Part shown: positions 37,098-51,378 of the stretch, piece by piece
Numbering within the stretch: the first letter of the stretch is position 1
Layout of the letters: each line of letters begins with the position of its first letter
NCBI GenBank assembly: GCA_043228905.1
Contig: JBHGNT010000022.1
Span: 5,828,001 to 5,892,000, forward strand
DNA length: 64,000 nt
Source of the DNA: Azolla caroliniana
Taxonomy: Eukaryota > Plantae > Polypodiophyta
Direction: 5' to 3'
The notes under the pieces: model-generated
Database searches by the model: none
Told to the model about the DNA's origin: nothing
Seen by the model: the letters and a program-made list of their open reading frames with translations, nothing else
Program-made: the position numbers and the translations under genes

Positions 37098-38383
37098 TTC
37101 TCACACATTCTTTCCCTTCTTAGTACTAATCCTCGTTCTTCTCCTCATTCTTTAGTACTTATTCTCCTTGCCTCTAGTACTATTCCTGATAGTTTGAACC
37201 GAATTGGTTTCAGCTTCGTATCCCTCCTTCCCTTCATACTAATCTTCTTATCCTTCCTTCCTCCAATACTATGGCAATTGTTAGCGATCAAGAATACCAA
37301 TATGTTTTCTCGGAGCTGCAGTGCTTGAAAGAAAGGTTTATCGCATTGGAACAAGAAAATCAACGACTCTTGGGGGATCTTCAACAAATCTCTTTAGAAA
37401 AGTAATAAGCGCAACAACAACATGGGGAGCTAGCGTTATGTGTGCAACAACTTGAAGCAACCATTATAGCATTGCAACAACAAGGACCAAGTACTCAAGG
37501 GATTCATAAAGAGCCCAAGATCGGCCTTCCTATGAAATTCGATGGAACGCATTCACAGTTCATAGGATTCTTTAATAAGGTACGATTATTCATTCAAATG
37601 CATCCTTCCCCATATCCCACCGATGCATCACGAGTGGGTCTATTAGGCATGTTGCTGAGCGGCTCAACTTTGGCATGGTTTGCCCCGTTGTTAGAAAAAA
37701 TATCTCCATTACTAAATAAATTTGAAGAGTTTATAAGCAAGTTTAAAGCCTATTTTGGAGATATTTATAGCATAAGGACGACAATCAAGAAAAACTGACG
37801 GTTACGTCAAGGTGATCGTCCAACCTCCTCTTATGCTGCAAATTTCGGTCTACTCGCCTCCGATATCCCTTGGGATGATCAAGCATTGATGGAGCAATTT
37901 CGATACGGCCTATGAAATGATGTCAAAGACTTACTCCCCACTTTCCTTGAAGAACCAAAATTGCTCAGAGAGGCAATCAGATGAGTGGTAAGATGCAATA
38001 ACCGGCTTTTCGAACGACTTTTGTAACGCCAGTTACAAATACCAATGACTAGGTCGGAGCCCACATAAGCCTCGCTCATATAATGCATCTTTGGCAAATA
38101 CTTCAACACCGATGGAAATCAACACCACACGTCGTCGTGGACCATTGTCGGAAGAAGAAAAGCAACAATGTCGAGCAAATCGATTATGTCTTTACTGCGG
38201 AGGACCAGGGGATATCGCAATAAATTGTCCACATAGGCCAAGAAGATAGGTAAATCAAATAGTAGCTTGTACTAAACCCGAGTCTATTTCAATAGGAGTG
38301 TCTGATAGTACTAATAGTACTAATAGCCCAAGTCTATCGAGCAAATTTGAAGTTCTTAATCAATTAGAAGAAGAGTTAAACGA
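36743..38383 (+). mobile_element. Tcn1-like chromovirus 5' LTR (36743-37191) and gag, truncated by a Copia
   Basis: LTR homologous to 10694-11127 with TATA CTATAAAAAG near 36941. gag EPKIGLPMKFDG...LAWF (37442-37798) and a knuckle-like CLYCGGPG near 38187. Confidence 0.85.
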
Positions 38384-41300
38384 CTAAACCATCATGTACA
38401 TCAAGCTCCCGACGGTAGAGGCATATGGTATCTTCATCATATACGTCTTCTCCGCCTTTGTCCTCGGGCTTTGTTTTCCGGATAGCTTGCAGTTTGCCGG
38501 AAGTGTCGATCCGACCGGTTTTGCCTCCGACATGTTGAACCTTTGGAGTACCTTTGTCACGTACTTCTCCTGTGACAACCACAACAACATCTTCGATCGG
38601 TCCCAGATAATGTGCATTCCCAATATCTATCTTGTCGGCCCCAAGTCTTTCATTGAGAATGTCTGGTTCAGAGCCTTCTTCAGTATTTGAATCTTGCCTT
38701 GGTCTCGTCCGGCGATCAACATATCATCTACATATAGGAGTATCAGGAAATCTCCTACATCAAATTTCTTCACAAACACACAGTGATCGGCCTGCGTCTT
38801 GTGGTACCCTTGGTCGGTCATGAAGGAGTCGAACTTACGGTACCATTGCTAGGGAGCCTGCTACAGTCCATATAGGCTCTTCGTCAGCCTGCACACCAAG
38901 TGCTCCTTCCCTTTCCTCTCAAATCCTTCCGGTTGATGCATGTAGATCTCTTCTTCGAGGTTGCCATGTAGGAATGTCGTCTTGACGTCCAGTTGCTCTA
39001 CCTCGAGGTCCATGCTTGCCGCTATGCCCAATACCGTCCGGATGGATGTCATCTTTACTATCGGGGCAAAGATCTCATTGAAGTCAACTCCTTTCTTTTG
39101 TTGGAAGGCCTTCACCACGATTTCAGCCTTATACCTAGGTGGATTTCCGGCATCCAAAAATCTCCAAGGGGCTCTTCTCTCTCGAAGAGGATATCTCTGT
39201 CCTTGGTTTCTAACTGCCGGTTCCTCTGTTTTTTCCGAATCTGAATCCGATTCGTGATCTTGCCCGGTTCCGGTGTCTTCTTCTTCTTCTTCTTCTTCTT
39301 CTTTCTTCTGTTGGAAGCCCTCCACCACGATTCGGGCCTTATACTTGGGTGGATTTCCGGCATCTCCCAGTTTCAACTTGTACACCCACTTGTTCCGGAG
39401 TGCTCTCTTCCCTTTCGGCAACCCCGTAAGTTCATATGTGTGGTTCTCATGTAGGGAATCCATCTCATCCTGCATGGCACTCAACCACTTGCGGCTATGG
39501 GTGTCTCTCTTTGCTTCTTTGAAGCTATCTGGCTCCCCCTCATCGGTTAGCAACAAATGCTCTGCATCCAAAAATCTCCAAGGGGCTCTTCTCTCTCGAA
39601 GAGGATATCTCTGTCCTTGGTTTCTGACTGCCGGTTCCTCTGTTTTTTCCAAATCTGAATCTGATTTGGGATCTTGCCCGGTTTCGGTGTCTTCTTCTTC
39701 TTCTTCTTCTTCTTCTTCTTCTTCTTTCTTCTGTTGGAAGCCCTCCACCACGATTCGGGCCTTATACTTGGGTGGATTTCCGGCATCTCCCGGTTTCAAC
39801 TTGTACACCCACTTGTTCCGGAGTGCTCTCTTCCCTTTTGGCAACTCCGTCAAGTCATATGTGTGGTTCCCATGCAAGGAATCCATCTCATCCTACATGG
39901 CACTCAACCACTTGCGGCTATGGGTGTCTCTCTTTGCTTCTTCGAAGCTATCTGGCTCCCCCTCATCGGTCAGCAACACATGCTCTGCATCCAGAAACCT
40001 TTGGGCAGCTCTTCTCTCTCAGAGAGGATATCTCCATCCTTGGTTTCTAACTTCTGGTTCCTCCGTTTGTTCCGAGTCCGAATCCGATTTGGGATCTTGT
40101 CTGGTTCCGGTGTCTTCTTCTTCTTCTTCTTCTTCGGTCGGTTCGGTTTCTTGTCCATATCCGGCCGGTTCGTCAAATGTCATCCGGTTACCGGCTAGCG
40201 TCCGGTTTTCAACTGGGTAAGTCCTTGTGTCCTCAAGCCAGTTTTCATTGAATGATCCGGAGTTCATCACCTTCTTCTCCGACTCCCAGTCGGCAATGGA
40301 CTTGTCTTCCATGAAGACTATGTCCCGACTCCGGAACACCTTCTTGTCGACCTTATCCCACACCCGGTAACCAAAGTCATCATCGTCGTATCCAAGGAAT
40401 ATGCATGGCCTAGACTTCGGATCCAACTTTGCTCTCTTGTCCTTTGCAACATGCACATATGCGAGACACCGGAACACCTTCAGATGCCGGTAAGATACAT
40501 CTTTAATGGTCCATACTTTCTGAGGTGAGTCTCCTTCCAAGGGTGATGAGGGTGATCTATTTATCACATAGGTCGCCGTCGTCAGCGTCTCAACCCAAAA
40601 TGTCTTGGGTAACTTTGCATGTGCTAGCATGCTCTGGACTCTCTCCATTATGGTTCAATTCATCCTTTCAGCCAACTTGTTTAGTTCTGGCATCTTCGGC
40701 ACAATAAATTCGAGCCGGATTCCCTTCGATCGGCAGTACTCCTCAAACTACTCCCGGTATTCTCCTCCGTAATTTGCTCAAACCACCTTCAGCTTCAGGC
40801 AGGTTTCTCTTTCCACTCTCGCATGGAGCTCCTTGAAGACGGATAACACCTGATCCTTCGTCTTCAGTGGTGAGACCCATAGCTTCCGGCTATGGTCATC
40901 TATGAATGTCACGAAGTACTGCGATCCGGCATGTGACTTCATGTCCACTTGACAAACATCGGTATGCACCAGCTCCAGTGGTGCATTCCGTCTCATCGGT
41001 GGTCTTGACCGAAAGGAGGTTCGGTTTTGCTTGTTGGCCAAGCAATCCATGCACTTCTCAAGTTGCACGTCCTTCACCAGAATGAGGTTGTCTTCGGCGA
41101 GCCTCTTCATCCCCTTCTCACTCATGTGACACAGTCTTTTGTGCCACAACACACCGGCAGTGTCGGATGCTACATTCACTTCTTCCTGGCATATCCGGGC
41201 ATTCATCAAGTACAAAGTGTTGATCTTCCGACAAGGTTTAACTCATTCTCCTCGGTAATGAGCATCAGTTCTTCTTCACTTGTCGCGATCACCGACGGTC

Positions 41301-42700
41301 CTTTCCGATCCGAATTGTTTCATTCCGAACTCTTCTTCGAATCGGTAGTGCCGGTTTCTTTCTCTTTTCGGAAATGCTAACAGTCCTTTTGGAAGTGTCT
41401 TGGCTTCCCGCAATAGAAACACGTAGGCCTCCCCCTTGACTTCGACCTTGTCCCCGATTTGTCCCAGTTTTGGGGACTACTATACTGGCCTCCTCCCCGG
41501 TTTTGGTCATCTTCCGTGACCAAGGCCTTTGGATCAGTTCCGAACTCCCAGTCCTTCCGGCGAGCTTCTTCATCTAGCAAGCTTGACTTTACCCTTGCTA
41601 GGGACAATTGCTTTCCTTCCGGCCCGGCATTCCCTAGCGTGACAACAAACGTCTCCCAGCTATCCGGCAGGGAACCGAGCAAGAGAAATGCGAGTACGTC
41701 ATCGGCGAGAGGTACTTCCAACGAGGTTGCTTGATGTATTAGCCCCTGGAAGACATTCTTGTGCTCCGCCATACTTGAGTCGTCTTGGTACCGGAGCCTC
41801 ACTAGCTTCCGAAATACCGAAACCCGATTAACAACATTCTTGTTCTGGAACATGATGTCGATCTTCTTCCTGAGTTCATGAGCCTTGCTCTCTTCATTGA
41901 AGTTGTTGTACAAGCTCATGTCAATGAAGCACCAGATGTATGTCGTCGTCTTCATGTGCATCACCTCCCACACTGTGGCGTCGATCTTATCCAGTCTTTT
42001 CTCCCCAAACTGAACCGGCAACCAAAGATCTTTAACCACCAGCAAGTTCCTCATCTTCGACTTCCACACTGAGTAGTTGGAGCCGGTGAGCTTGAACATG
42101 CCACCGAACGATTCTTCCATTTCCTATGTTGTTCGCTCTGATACCAGATTGAAGAGAATAACGTGGAATATTGCTCGGCCACAACCGAGTCTTGAACACT
42201 TCTCTGAGAGTGAAACACAAAAATGGGAAGTGGAGAGTACACAAAGGAAATACACAGGATGTTTACGTGGAAAACCCTAAATGGGAAAAAAACCACGGGA
42301 GCCCACGGACTCCAACTATCACGATAGGAGAAAGGTACAACTAAAGCCTCGTAGGCAACAACCTCAAGCTCTGTATCTTCGCCAACCGGCGGTTACAACA
42401 GAGTATCGCTCTGTATCTCACTCTCTCTCTCTCTGTAGCTCTCTCTATTCAACAATATGACAATAACAACAACCTTACAAAGTGATTTCCCTAAGTCATA
42501 TTTATACTTATATGAACTTAGGGCTATTTAAAAATATATCCTCAATAGGCTTACTCAAAACATATTTACAAATATGTCTTCTCTTCCGGTTCTTACCAGC
42601 TCTCTTCCGGGTCTCCTCCAGTTTCCGGATCTCTTCCGGTTCTCACCAGGTCCTCTTTATTCATCATCGGATCCCATCCGGAGAGACCGATTCCCCAACA
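38384..42700 (-). mobile_element. Tork/Tto1-like Ty1/Copia element, 3'-truncated and internally rearranged
   Basis: 5' LTR ~42150-42700 (minus start TGTTGGGGAATC). PBS TGGTATCAGAGCG at 42134-42146. gag 41377-42120 with CFYCGK; integrase 40019-41215; RT 38384-39886 (QLDVKTTFLHG, LYVDDML). Confidence 0.92.
39110..40140 (-). repeat. In-frame tandem duplications (~420-bp unit) at the INT-RT junction
   Basis: The poly-E...RYPLRERRAP block occurs three times. KWVYKLK...KYKARIVV occurs twice. Confidence 0.9.
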
Positions 42701-43001
42701 ACTTCCAATTGGAAGGGATTCAAACTGTTACGGACACACCAACCATGGATTGGGACGGAGCATAGATACTAGATTTACAAAGTTGAACTCTAGAAGTTGT
42801 GAGCATAGTCCTAGTTCGCGCTTGGTGTGTTCGTGACACATAGAGGAAAACTTGGCGAATGGATTGATTCGACATTCAAAATCTCCAGCTAATCTCCAGC
42901 TAGCGCACGTATTTTCTTTGTAAAGAAAAAAGATGGATCACTTCGTCTAGTCGTGGATTACTGAGGCCTGAATAAAGTTACCATAAAAAATAGGTATGCA
43001 C

Positions 43002-43794
43002 TGTCACGAACACACCAACTACGGACTTGGATGGAGCACGGATGATGGGGCTATGAGCGTGGAACTTAAGAAGCTGGGAATGCCACAAGAGCATGAAGAA
43101 TGAGATGAAGAACCAGACAAGACGTAATGGAATAAGAATACTAGATTGATGTGTCAATGACTAGCATTGAATCCCTTCAAAGGAACCAAGGAGGTTACAA
43201 GTATATATACAAGTTCCGAGATTGAATATCTCTAGAATATACTCAAGAAATATCTCAAGAATATACCCTTCTAGAATATTCCATACAATATTTCTAGAAT
43301 ATTCTGATTTTGAAATGTACTATATGCTAACAACTAGAATATTCTGATTTTGAAATGTACTATATGTTAGACTATACAATACTAAACTATTATATATAAT
43401 ATATGCTCATATCAAAATGGTTGAGCATGATATCTTGTTGATGTGAAGTTGCAGGTTCAAGCCTCACCAACTACGTATTTGATGTCACTTTGTCATCACA
43501 TTATCCTCCCTTTTACGAATGCCTTTTCGAAAGTGTGTAGGGATGAACGGGAATTGGAGCACTGACGGGTGTGAGCAACCATGTGTTGCCCTCATCAAGA
43601 ACACGAATGGGCATGAGCGACCATGTGTGGCCCTCACTAGGAATTGGAACGTGCGCGACCATGTGCGGTCCTCACCAAGAATTGGAACTGGAACACGAAT
43701 GAGCGTGAGCGACCATGTGCGGTCCTAACCGGGAACTGGAACAACGAGCAAAGGAGTGCAGGTGAAGCGGTTGACTCGACTTCTTTATCATGAG
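43002..43794 (-). mobile_element. Chromovirus-type 3' LTR (43002-43500), PPT and repeat-rich 3' internal segment
   Basis: TGTCACG...CATCACA. PPT AAAAGGGAGGATAA (minus) at 43501-43514, the same type as at 30449. Repeats at 43560-43740. Confidence 0.65.
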
Positions 43795-44803
43795 TGTTGA
43801 GCACGCAAGCTCAGATGGATTCGGATTAGCTGAATAAGCTAGAGCCGGATTGGTATCCGGAACCTAGAGCTGGACCGGAGAACCGGATCGTACTCTGGAA
43901 TAGTGAGAACCGGTAGACCGTTGGAGCCTATGGTTCGAGCCTAGTACGTAGGCATATTCCTTGGAATTAGTCTCAGTCACTCGTATGAGGATGTCAGTAC
44001 TTCTGTCAGTCCTTTTAAGGACTTGTATAAAAAGTGTTCTGTAGGATATTTGTATGTAGAAAGTGTTATTATTTTGAATTGAGTTCTGTTCTACTCTCTC
44101 TGTCTCTCCCGTGTATTCTCTGTGTGTTTCCAAGTTTTCATTAAACCTTCATTCTGTGTTATGTTGTTAATCGGACTAGTCGTTTTGTCTACACTTTCGC
44201 CAATAGCTTTTACATGGTACCAGAGTGCGAGGGTTGAGAATCCTCTGCTACCGACGAGTGACGCTCACAGATAAACCCTAACATCCAGTAAAGAATAGGA
44301 AGGAGAGAATGGATTGAGGAATACTCACTCTCGACGAAGAAGCTCAACAAATCCAACTATGCATATTGGTTGTACAAGATGCACCAGTACTTGCTCGGGC
44401 ATGGCAACTGGACTTATGTTGACAGAGCTAACGATACTGCACATGTTGTGGCACACAGGGACTTCCCGGCTTGGGAACAAGCAGTAAGCAAGGTAATGTA
44501 CTATTTCGTGTCCAATGTCGGTGATCAGTTGTTCAGCCATATCCAGGACTCCAAGACGCCAAAGGAAGCTTGGGGAAACTTGAAAAAGGTCTTCTCCAAA
44601 GGCACCACGGCCCGAAAGTTGCAACTCCGACAAGAGTTGAGCAATGACAGATAAAAGGACATGTCAGTGCTGACTACATCGCCCGGATCAAAGAGATCTG
44701 CGACTCACTTGTATCCATCAATGTGACCGTCGAGGAAAATGAGATGGTGCAGGTCTGTCTCGGGGCCTGGTGTTGAAGTTCGGAGCATTCCAGACTGCGG
44801 TAT
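43795..44803 (+). mobile_element. Copia of the same family as 1361-7238: 5' LTR, PBS and gag fragment
   Basis: LTR 43795-44214, PBS TGGTACCAGAG at 44215, gag YKMHQYLLGHG (44370-44654). Confidence 0.88.
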
Positions 44804-45159
44804 TGTTAAGCGGCAAGCTGAACCGGATTCGGATCAGCTGAATAAGCCTGAGCTGGATCAGCATCTGGAAGGATGAGCCGGTGAGCAAGCGAGCCTGTGA
44901 GTTGGGGAGCCAGTTAGCCGGATCTAGCAGTAACCGGAAGCCTAGTAATAGCTTAGATTAGTAGGTAGTTATTGTCTCATAGTTAGTGACAGACGCTCGT
45001 GTGAGCATTGAAGTACATTGTACTTCTGTCAGTCCTCTCAGGACTTGTATAAATAGTGTTGTTGAGCACGCTTCCTATACAGAGAACTATTATTGTTTTG
45101 TAATAGAGTTAAAATGTTCTGCTCTCTCTCTCTGTCTCTCTCACGTACACTCTATGTGT

Positions 45160-45231
<72 letters not shown>

Positions 45232-48200
45232 CTCTCTCTCTCGTTCTCTCTCACTCTCTCTCTCTCTATTGCTATCCGGCAAGGCCTATTTGTCTAATGC
45301 TTCCGCACATAAACGTTCACATGGTATCAGAGCGCAAGGGTTGAAGACCTCTATAGCCGACATTTGCTTTCGCAAGACAAACCCTACAGGTTGTGACAAC
45401 AGAACAATAGACAAAAAATAAAATAAAAATGGACAAAGGTATAGCGAGTTCACTTCCTACAGAGAAGCTCGACCGGAGCAACTACGCGTCCTAGTCATAC
45501 AAAATGCCCCAATACCTACTGCGCCATGGGTATTGGAGTTTCGTGGAAAGAATGAATGAGGTAGCACTAGTGCCTGCACACAAGAACTTCCCGGTATGGG
45601 AGCAAGTAGCGAGCCAAGTATTATACTGCCTTGCGTCCTATGTTCATGACCAGATGTTGGGCTACATCAGGGATGCAAAGACGCCAAAGGAGGCCTGGGA
45701 AAATCTACGTAAGATTTTCGCTGCAAGTACCACAGCCCGTAAGTTGCAACTCCAGCAAGAGCTGAACAACATCCGACAAAGAGATATGTTGGTTACAGAC
45801 TACAGCACCAAAATAAAGGAGATTTGCGACGCGCTCGGGTCCATCAACGTGACGGTGGATGAAGACGAAATGGTACAAATCTTCCTTGGTGGTCTAGTGC
45901 AAAGGTACGAGCCAATCCGGACAGCGATCTGCACGCGGGAGAAACTACCGACCTTCTTCGACTTGCAATCGATGTTGATGGTCGAAGAAAACCACGCGAG
46001 TGGGTCCAGGACCAGTCAATCAGACAGCCAGATGCTATACACAGAGGCAGATAGGCCCTGTGGGTGTGGGGGATGAGGTGGGTCGGCACGCACTGGAGGT
46101 GGCCGGCAAGAGCAGGAAAGAAGGCACAGAGAACGTACCAACAGCAGTTCCGGGACTTCCACAAGCAGGGGGAGTCAAGGCGGCACCGAAGTCCGGCAAG
46201 ACAAATCCGCCACAGAATGTTGGTAAAAAGGGCCACAAAGAAAGCAAGTGCTAGAAGAAGCGTGCCGGTTCGGACAGATCCGGATCCGGTAAGGCTGGCA
46301 GAGAGAACTAGCTATACTCGCACTACGCAGAAGGATCGGGAGGATCCAAAACCGGAAAAGCCGGTAAAGGGGGCCAGCCTTGGTGATGAAACACGAGGCT
46401 AACTTGATGAAGAATACCACTTCCAAATCAGAGGAAGTGTGGTACGTTGATTCTAGTGCGTCGAATCACATGACGAGCCACAAAGAGTGGTTCTCCTTCT
46501 TGGAGAAACCGGAACAACCAGGAGTTGTCGAAACCGGAGGCGACACTCCTCACCCAATCGTGCATATCGGAGAAGTCCCTTTGAGCCACGTCGGACAGAG
46601 GGGGAAGCTGATGAATGTATTACACGTTATGACTATCACGAAGAACCTGGTGTCGGTTGGACAGATTGTCGACCAGGGGATGCAGGTGCGGTTTATGCAC
46701 CTCGAGTGCTTCATCGAGGAAGAGGGCCAAATCATTGCGTAAGGGCACAGAGACAAGAGGATGTTCATCCTCAACACCAATGACGTCAGCACCGCTTTGT
46801 TCGCCAAAGGACAGAAGATTGAATTGGATATTGATCTCTGGCACAAGCGGATTGTCCACGTCAATTACCGGTGGCTTCAAGACTTGCAAAAGAAACAAGT
46901 TGTTTTCGGTTTGCCGAAGTTTAGTGGCCGGAAGGCCCATGTATGTGAAGCCTGCCAACTCGAGAAGCAACACCGGCTTCCATTCCCCACCAAACGAAAC
47001 TGTAGCCCTAACAAGCTCGACCTTATCCATTCAGATGTATGGGGACCGACACAGAACGTGAGTCTTGGCGGGAGTCGATATTTTGTCTCCTCCATCAACG
47101 ACTACAGCCACCACACATGGATCTACCTCATTGAGCGGAAGAGCGAAGTCTTCGAGTGTTTCCGGAACCTGCAAAGACTGGTTGAACGGGAAACGAAGAG
47201 GAAGATCAAGTGCCTGTGGTTGGATGGCGGAAAAGAATATTTTTCCGCCCAATTCAACAGTTTCTGCAGCAAACAGGAATTCAGCAAGAGTTCAGCTGTA
47301 GATACACACCCGAGGAAAACGGTTTGGCTGAAAGGAAGAACTGGTCGCTTATCGACGCGGCAAGGGCAATGCTGGAAGAGAAGAGCATGCCCCATTTCTA
47401 CTAGGCGAAGGCGGTTTGGACGACCGTCTACATCCAAAACCGGATCGGTAACAAGGTGTCCGCGCATGAGCTATATTTCGGGCGCAAGTCGAATTTGCGA
47501 CACCTTCGGATATTCGGTAGCATTGCATATGTGCATGTGCCGGATGCGAAGCGGTGGAAGTTGGATGCAAAGTTGGAAAAATGCATCTTGGTTGGTTACT
47601 CACATGAGTAAAAGGGGTATAAGTGTTATAACCCCCAAACGAAGCAGGTCCGAGTTAGCCGGGATGTTGAGTTTGATGAGACGGCATCATGGTATGCCTT
47701 ACTGGCTCCGACTTCCGACCTCGACCCAATACCGGAGGATGAGGGTAGTGAGCCTGAACCGGTCCACTTAGAAGATGAAGACGTCGGCACTCTAGAAGAG
47801 AGTCCGATCTCATTTCGGTTAAGTGGACCGAATGAGCGACTGAGTTGGGATGACCAGTCGGATGAGGAACCGGTGAGTAGTGGAGACTCTGTCGTGCTCT
47901 CCCCGTGCAAGGAACCAAGGAGACGGTTCACACGCAAAGAGAAGGGGAAGAAGAAGATGTCGGAATACGAAACCAGGAACGTTGAGTCGGATCGGAGCGA
48001 ATCCGACTCCGGAAAAGATGAAGGCGGATGTTCGGGAACGAAGTCAGACCAAGCCAAGAAGGGCCCCAAACCGGGTAATACCAAGTTACGCCGGTCTTCC
48101 CACCAGAAGAACCCCGTGACACGATACAGGTACAATGAGTACATGGCGCATCACTATGCGTACATGACCAAGGTGGCAGAAGTGCGTGAGCCGAAGAGCT

Positions 48201-50707
48201 ACGCAGAAGCGGCAAAGGACGCACATTGGCGTGCCGCTATGGAGGAAGAGATGCGGGCACTTGATGCCAACAACACATGGGACCTAGTTGACCCTCCCCG
48301 ACACTGTAAACTGATTGGATGTAAGTGGGTGTACAAGATAAAGTACAATGCCGACGGTTCGGTTAACCGGTACAAGGCCCAACTAGTGGCGAAGGGATAC
48401 ACGCAGACCCACGGAATCGACTACGACGAGACCTTCACTCCAGTAGGGAAGATGATGACGGTTCGTGTGGTGCTAGCGGTTGTTCCGGCAAGGGGGTGGC
48501 ATCTTCACCAGATGGATGTGAAGAATGAATTTCTTCAAGGCGATCTTGAAGAAGAGGTCTATATGACCCAACCCCTGGTTTTCAGTCGGAGATGAACAAG
48601 TCGGCGGTATGCCGGCTGAAGAAGTCATTTTATGGCCTGAAGCAAGCCCCCCGAGCGTGGAATGCGAAGATCACGCACCGGTTGCATAAGATGGGGTTTG
48701 CGGCCTCCAAGTCCGACTCTTCGTTGTTCATCCAGAAAGGTCCGAACGATCCGGTTTGCATCTTGCTGTATGTTGATGATCTAGTCATCACCGGACCCGG
48801 ACTCGATGAAATCAGCCGAGTCAAGTCCCAGCTGTCGAACGCATTTGAGATGAAGGACCTGGGGGACCTTCACTATTTCCTTGGGATCAAGGTGATCCGA
48901 ACCCCCGACGGCATATTGCTCTCACAAAGACACTATGTGTTGAATATGATATACAAGTTCGGCATGACAGAATGTCGACCGATCTCAACACCCCTGGACC
49001 GGAACCAGAAGCTCCGTCTCGACTCCAATCCGGCCTGCGATGAGAAGCAGTTCCGACAAATCGTCGGAAGCCTTATATATTTGACAATCACCCGACCCGA
49101 CATCAACTATCCAGTCGGCGTGATCAGCCAATATATGCAAAATCCAACCATGGAGCACCTTCTGTGCGCGCATCAAATTTTGCAATATGTGAGCTGCACG
49201 AAGGACCGGCGACTGTTATACCGGCATGGTATAACCGAAGAGCTAGTCAGCTACACCGATGTTGATTGGGCCGGCGATGCATCGGATCGCTGATCCACCT
49301 CTGGATATGTGTTTTCCCTTCGATGCAAAAGCCAACCGCGGAGCAACAAAAAGCAGCCAATAGTGGCCCTTCCGAGCACTAAGGCTGAATACCGGGACGC
49401 TACCGTTGCCACCTATGAAGCCATTTGGCTTCGGCGATTGCTGCAAGACCTGCGGATCGAGATGCTGACCCCGATCCTGATCTACTGCGACAACATAAGC
49501 AGCATGCAGCTCGCCAAGAACCTCGTATTCCATGCTCGCACAAAGCACATAGAAGTGCACTACCACTTCGTGCGCGAGCGTGTCCTAAGCGGTGAAGTCG
49601 AACTTCGGCATGTTCATACGGATCGGCAAGTTGCCGACATCTTCACCAAACCGCTCGCATCGAACAAGTTGCAGCACTTCATCGAATTGCTTGGTGTTCA
49701 ACATCTTCACGTGCCACACTTGAGGGGGGAGAACGGGCAAAGGCAAAGAGATTGCCGATTGCGTCGGTGAGGGAAGAACCGACAAAGGGGGAGACAAGAA
49801 GAAGAAAGGAGCCGAGTCGACAAAGGAAGTTGACACATCCGAACAAGTCAGAACAAGCGACGGCGGAGGCAGATTCAAGAGGACAGAGCCGACCGGAAGA
49901 AGAAGGCCAAGACCCGGACATGGTCCGATGTGGTGAAGGGCCTCGAACCGGAAGACGAATCGGGAGGGCCTGATTCGGACAAGAGCTGGAACGAATCGGA
50001 AACAGCTGATTCAGTTCAATAGACAGATTCAAAAGAACCGGATTAATTCAAGGCCAAGAGGACGAGAAGGCAGCGAAAGTTGACGCCAACACAAAGGAAT
50101 CGGCGAATCGGCACACGCCGAAGTCACAGCAGCAAGGGAGTTGAATTGGGCTTGTTGAGCAGATGAGCCTGACCGAGAAGGTCGAGGTGCGCAGAACTAG
50201 AAGGGTCGCGACAAACAGAACCAGACTAGACGAGGATCGCGAGCGAGGCGAGTGACGCCAGAAGCAGTCAGGTGGAAGGATCGGCTGCCATGGAGACTGA
50301 CACTACGATCCGACCACAAGTTGAGCTTCAAGGGGAGTGTTGAGCGGCAAGCTCAACCGGATCCGGATCGGCTGAATAAGCCTGAGCGGTATTGGCATCC
50401 AGAAGGATGAGCCGGATTGGTGAGCGGGTGAGCAAGCAAGCTAGTGAGCTGGGGAGCCGGTTAGCCGGATCCAACAGTAACCGGAAGCCTAGTAATAGCT
50501 TAGATTACTAGGTAGTTATTTTCTCGTAGTTAGTGACAGACGCTCGTGTGAGCATTGAAGTACGTTGTACTTCTGTCAGTCCTCTCAGGACTTGAATAAA
50601 TAGTGTTGTTGAGCACGCTTCCCTGTACAGAGAACTATTATTGTTTTGTAATAGAGTTAAAACGTTCTACTCTCTCTCTCTGTCTCTCCCACGTACACTC
50701 TGTGTGT

Positions 50708-50766
<59 letters not shown>
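44804..50766 (+). mobile_element. Near full-length Copia of the same family inserted into the gag of the previous copy
   Basis: 5' LTR 44804-45321, PBS TGGTATCAGAGC 45322-45333, gag-pol 45429-49770 with stops, PPT ~50326-50337. 3' LTR starts at 50338 and breaks off at a (CT)n tract. Confidence 0.92.
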
Positions 50767-50770
<4 letters not shown>

Positions 50771-50910
50771 GACCGTTACTCTCTGTTTTGACCGTTACGT
50801 GGCCGTCATCTGCTGCCGCCGTCGTCTGCAACCGCGTCGCCTGCTGCCGCCGTCGTCTGCAGCCGCGTCGCCTGCTGTCGCCGCCGTCTGCTGCTGCCGA
50901 CGACGCCGCC

Positions 50911-51378
50911 TGTTGTCGCTGCTGCTGCCGTCGTCGCCGTCGTCTGCCGACTGTCGCCGCCGTCTGCTGCCGCCGTCTCCGTCGTCTGTCGACGGTCGTC
51001 GTCGTCTGCTGCCGCCGTCTGACGTCTGCCGTCTGCCGACTGTCGTCGTCGCCGTCACCGTTGCCATCTTCTTTCGTCTACCGTCGTTCTTGGGCGTGTT
51101 GTTTGCCGATTGTCGCCATCCTCGATTCTTGGCCGCTTTTATCGTGTTGTCGCTGCTGCTGCCGTCGTCGCCGTCGTCTGCCGACTGTCGCCGCCGTCTG
51201 CTGCCGCCGTCTCCGTCGTCTGTCGACGGTCGTCGTCGTCTGCTGCCGCCGTCTGACGTCTGCCGTCTGCCGACTGTCGTCGTCGCCGTCACCGTTGCCA
51301 TCTTCTTTCGTCTACCGTCGTTCTTGGGCGTGTTGTTTGCCGATTGTCGCCGTCCTCGATTCTTGGCCGCTTTTATCG
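50911..51378. repeat. CpG-rich (GCC/GTC) 234-bp direct duplication
   Basis: Units start at 50911 and 51145 and are nearly identical. Confidence 0.9.

Noticed and set aside
39273-40220. 315-aa plus-strand ORF
   Set aside because: Antisense shadow of the duplicated Copia pol.
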